Source: an uncultured candidate division Zixibacteria bacterium (lineage in GTDB: Bacteria; Zixibacteria; MSB-5A5; GN15; PGXB01). Taken from it: DNA of 64,000 bases. Shown here one piece after another: positions 60,181 to 64,000 of the stretch. Each line of letters starts with the position of its first letter. Position 1 is the stretch's first letter. The translations under genes and the position numbers were made by a program. The notes below the pieces were generated by a model that saw only the letters and a program-made list of their open reading frames with translations, was not told where the DNA came from and did not search any database. The DNA lies in NCBI GenBank assembly GCA_963702205.1, contig OY969724.1, positions 3,488,001-3,552,000 of the forward strand, read 5' to 3'.

Positions 60181-62368
60181 TTACTTCCTAAGCGGCAGGC
60201 CGCACTGCGTAACCCAGTCGTCGCACGAACACGGCGCACTGCCCGGAGGAGTATCGTACTTGTAAGAGATCAGATACAATATATCCAGCAGGTTCACCAC
60301 GCAATCGCAGTTCGTGTCGCCCGAGCAGGTATCGTACGGTATCGGTGCCGGCCCCGGCGGCGAACCGTAGACATAATCGATAGTGTACAGAATATCGATC
60401 AGGTTGAACGCAGTATCGTTGTTTGCATCACCGGGAATACAATCGCACGTGCTTTCTCCCGTAATGACGAAAGCCAGATCGAGTGAGCGCTCGAAATCCG
60501 GCGGATAGGTACATATCGGTCCAGAAAAACGGTGGGTCGTCGACCCCGCGCACGGCATCGTCATTATACTGCTCTGTCGACGTTTTCCAACCCCATTGAT
60601 GCGCAGCCGGGTCATCGATAAAGGCACTGATACACAACCAATAAATCGCGCCCTGGGTTTGGACAAACGGCTCAAGCCCGTCCGGCAGGAATACATTGTA
60701 CTCGAAGTAGCGCAAGTGATTATCAGGGAAAAATTGGGCCGTTGGAGGGTCGTACCAACCCTGCGGTGAGGGATCCATCTCCACCGTGAGGACTTCGGGA
60801 TACGGCATTATGAACTCCCAGAGCAGATCGCCGGGCATGCTGTACGGATTTTGAGGCGGGTCGGCCGGAATATCGCTGTAAATACGGATTAAAAAGGCCC
60901 CGAGGTTGCCGACGGCGTCATTGTTCCACGATCCCCAGAAATGAAAATCTGTCACCGGCCCGCTTGCCGAACAACGCCAATCATCGGCCAGCAGGAACGG
61001 GTGGGTTGCGTTCACATCCCAACCCAGCGGGTCGGGCAGCTGCGGGAAGTGCATCTTGTGAGGATCGCCCGGCTCCCACGGTTTTTGATAGCAGGCGTCG
61101 TCGATGCCGTCACCGTCAATGTCCCCAAGACAGACGGTCGAGACGGTTGAAACATTTCCGCCCATATCATCGCAGCACAGGGGATCAACCATGACACAGC
61201 TTCCGGTGCCATCATTGAGACAACACGCTTGAGGCGCCGAACATAACGTCCCCGCTCCCTGCGGGGTGCCACCCTGATCTATGCAGCACAGCGGGTCAAG
61301 GTCGGCGCAAGTGCCGTCGGGCAGACAACAGGCTTCGGCAGCGCTGCACGTCGTCCCCGCTCCCTGCGGGGTGCCACCCTGGTCTATGCAGCACAGAGGA
61401 TCGAGATCGGCACAAGTGCCGTCGGGCAGGCAACAGGCCTGGGCGGTTTGGCACGTCGTCCCCGCTCCCTGCGGCGTGCCGCCCAATGCGTTGACACAGC
61501 ACAGGGCATCGGCGTTAAGGCAGTATCCGTCGGGCAGGCAGCACGCTTCGGTGCCGCCGCAGACGGTACCGTCGCCCTGATAAGAACCGCCGTACTGACT
61601 AATACAATCAGCCGCGGTGGTTTGAATACAAGAGGCCAAACCTACACCGGTCGGATCGTAACAGCAGGCGCCGGTCGGCTCAATCGGGTGGCCCGTGATT
61701 ACAAAAGCCAGATTTAAAGATTCTGTGAATCCCATAGGAAGATACATGTCAATCCACTCAAAACTCAAATCAAAAAACCAGCAGGCATCGTCATTCCACG
61801 GATCTATTGTTGTTTTCCAGCCCCAGGCAAATTCCGACGATGGTAACTCAGGTCGTATTGCCAGCCAGTAAATCGTCCCCTCTTCCTGCATAAACCAGTT
61901 TTGTTCAGGAAGAAAAACGTTGTACTGAAACCATTCCACGTGATTTTCCGGCATTGCTATTCCTTCTGTCGGGCTGTACCAGCCCTGTGGCGAAGCCGGC
62001 ATAGGTTGAACAATAACCTGGTCAATGGGTACGAAATATTCCCAGATAAGCTGGCCGGGCGTGCTATGGGGCCAATCGGGGGGATTGGCCGGAATATCCG
62101 ACCAGATCATTAAATAGAATCCCGACAATGGCCCCACCAGATTATCTCGCCAGGAACCCCAGAAATGAATGTCGCTGACCGGACCGGTTTCGGTGCACAT
62201 CCAATCATCCCCTAGCATAGTCTGCGTGGCATTGACATCCCACCCGAAAGGGTCGGGGTGCTGCGGGAAATGCATCTTGTGGCCGTCGGCATCAACCCAG
62301 TCGGCCGCGGCCGGGATCGCCAGCAGACACAATACCACGAGGGCACTCAGAAATGTTCGCGCTCTCAT
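60181..62368 (-). CDS. Secreted protein with two HKMHFPQ domains, Cys-rich repeats and a dockerin; apparent +1 frameshift at ~60508
   Basis: Duplicated HKMHFPQ.PDP.GWDV..DDW.C..HFWGSW domain; TDMY joins YPPDFERSLDLAFVITG and the dockerin if one base is removed. Confidence 0.82.
61130..61670 (-). repeat. Tandem ~105-bp (35-aa) Cys-rich repeats
   Basis: ACCLPDGTCADLDPLCCIDQGGTPQGAGTxC twice nearly identical, plus three divergent copies. Confidence 0.85.
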
Positions 62369-62822
62369 ATTAAAGTACCTCCCAGAATTAAAAAATCTTA
62401 AGTGTTTGTTGAATAGGCGAGCAATGTATAAAAGCAGTTATAATCAAAGCGATTCGGGGATAATACATGTGCAGGATACTGTTTCCGGTTCAAGCGCCAA
62501 ATTTGCCGTACAGATTCCGAATAAATCAAGGCTTAGCGAATCCGTTCGCGCCGTAACGCCCCGGCCGGAAGAATATGTTCGTTGCACCAGTATCGACAGA
62601 CCCCCGAATCGCATTTGTTAAGTCAGTTTTTGACGCAATCCAAGCGTCGATATTTTTCTTGTCTTAAGTTTTTAAAAAGCGAGTTGAAAAACGAAATTAC
62701 ATCAAGAAGTCCATCCGCTGCACTTATAATATACAGCGCGGTTTTAACGGGTCAAGCAATAATTGGCGAAATTAACATGCTAATTTGCGGAATAAAGCTG
62801 CAAGATGGTCCACTACAATATG

Positions 62823-63749
62823 TTAGGAGATGCGATATTTCATAAGAATACGATTCCGCGCGGCCAGATTGCCTGCTTTCGCGGCTTTGGACAAACTGGA
62901 GGATACGACAAACTCGGCCAGGAAGCCGGCCCCGAAACAGTCGCCACAACCGGTTGTATCGCCGCTAACCGCCCGGCCCTTGACACCATAGAAATGCAGT
63001 TCCGGTTTTTCCTCGCCAAGATAATATAGATAGCTCCCGCGAGCACCGTCGGTAATGATAAACAATTTTCTCTCGATATTTACTTCGGACTTATTCAGTT
63101 TGTCGATACAGACCGAAATATCATTTTTCAAAGATTCTCCATTTGTCGCCGGGTTTCCAACTGATCTGCTCAATAGCTCCAGTTCCCGGCGGTTCATCTG
63201 AATAATGTCGCTGTACCTGACCACGGTCGGCCAGTGGCGCGGAATCCGCAGATATCTGCGCCCATCTTCTCTTTTCCCAAGTGTGTACGAATGTATATCC
63301 GTATACAGGAATCCGCCGAATCGTCGTCGGAACCCGCCCAACGACCGCAGGTCGATATCTCTGCCGGAGATGAAATTCAGCAGGACGGCATCACACCCCA
63401 ACAGGCCCTTTACGCCATCTAACTTCAACGGCGGAACGCCTCCTTCGAGGATTTCCGACTTGGACTCATCGTCGTGATAGACAAGATGACAATGATTGTT
63501 TTTTTCCGGGACGCGACGTATCAGATCGGTTCGTACGCCCGGAATATCCTGCAGTATCTCCATAATCTTATCGTACTGGTTCTGTCCCACGTTGCAGGCC
63601 GGAATAATATCGGCGTGTCCGTGCAGGCACGATGACAGCACTATTAGATTATATAATAAGCCGCCCCAGCCGTTATAACTGGTCCCGTCGGCCAGGGTAA
63701 CCGAGTCTTTATTTATGGTTCCGATGACACCGATCTTGATTTTGTTCAT
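62823..63749 (-). CDS. PfkB-family carbohydrate kinase
   Basis: GG motif, IITDGARG, DTTGCGDCFGAGF. Confidence 0.85.
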   Translation of the reverse strand: MNKIKIGVIGTINKDSVTLADGTSYNGWGGLLYNLIVLSSCLHGHADIIPACNVGQNQYDKIMEILQDIPGVRTDLIRRVPEKNNHCHLVYHDDESKSEILEGGVPPLKLDGVKGLLGCDAVLLNFISGRDIDLRSLGGFRRRFGGFLYTDIHSYTLGKREDGRRYLRIPRHWPTVVRYSDIIQMNRRELELLSRSVGNPATNGESLKNDISVCIDKLNKSEVNIERKLFIITDGARGSYLYYLGEEKPELHFYGVKGRAVSGDTTGCGDCFGAGFLAEFVVSSSLSKAAKAGNLAARNRILMKYRIS

Positions 63750-64000
63750 TCCAGATATTCCCCCGCCGCTTGTAAAACCTCATCGACCGTTATCCGTTTC
63801 ATGCATTGCATATGCCTGTCCCCCGACAACGGACAGCTGTTTTTGACGCACGAAATACATTCCAACTTGTTTTTTATAATCACGGTTTTATTGGCGGCCA
63901 GTGGTGACGTTTCCGCCGGATTATCCGCCCCGGACAGTACAACCAAAGGGATGCCGACAGCACCGGCCAGATGCGCCAGGCCGGAGTCATTGCCGATAAA
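63746..64000 (-). CDS. waaF: GT9 heptosyltransferase (WaaF-like), C-terminal part
   Basis: FIGNDSGLAHLAGAVGIP, CISCVKNSCP..CMKRITVDEV. Confidence 0.8.
   Translation of the reverse strand, partial: FIGNDSGLAHLAGAVGIPLVVLSGADNPAETSPLAANKTVIIKNKLECISCVKNSCPLSGDRHMQCMKRITVDEVLQAAGEYLE

Overview
A 64-kb bacterial chromosomal window. The dockerin-tagged secreted proteins and the TBDR/T9SS-cargo/PorV operon suggest an FCB-related lineage such as Zixibacteria (inference). Housekeeping blocks are queG, two cyclophilins-dxr-rseP-lepB-lepB, tRNA-Ala/large SRP RNA/dnaX/ybaB/recR, tldD/tldE, an SPFH gene and a partial waaF. Accessory content includes the 3' end of an IS110 element, an AT-rich two-gene SIR2 island (candidate anti-phage system), a motif-mosaic S74 tail-fibre-like protein, and a binding-protein/histidine-kinase cluster. 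The most striking region is 48.7-58.9 kb. A small secreted protein overlaps a TPR-sigma54 enhancer-binding protein. This pair is flanked by two lipoprotein genes that each end in a twin-CX9C hydrophobic tail. Both lipoprotein genes share the same upstream architecture: two TCGTAAWTTACGA palindromes 31 bp apart, a -24/-12-type promoter 114 bp downstream, and a conserved ~100-nt hairpin leader. Several small two-helix membrane proteins in the region look like immunity genes. Together this resembles an undescribed peptide-controlled sigma54 toxin/bacteriocin regulon. Four apparent +1 frameshifts all lie next to GTAC, which points to methylation-linked basecalling errors rather than real pseudogenes.
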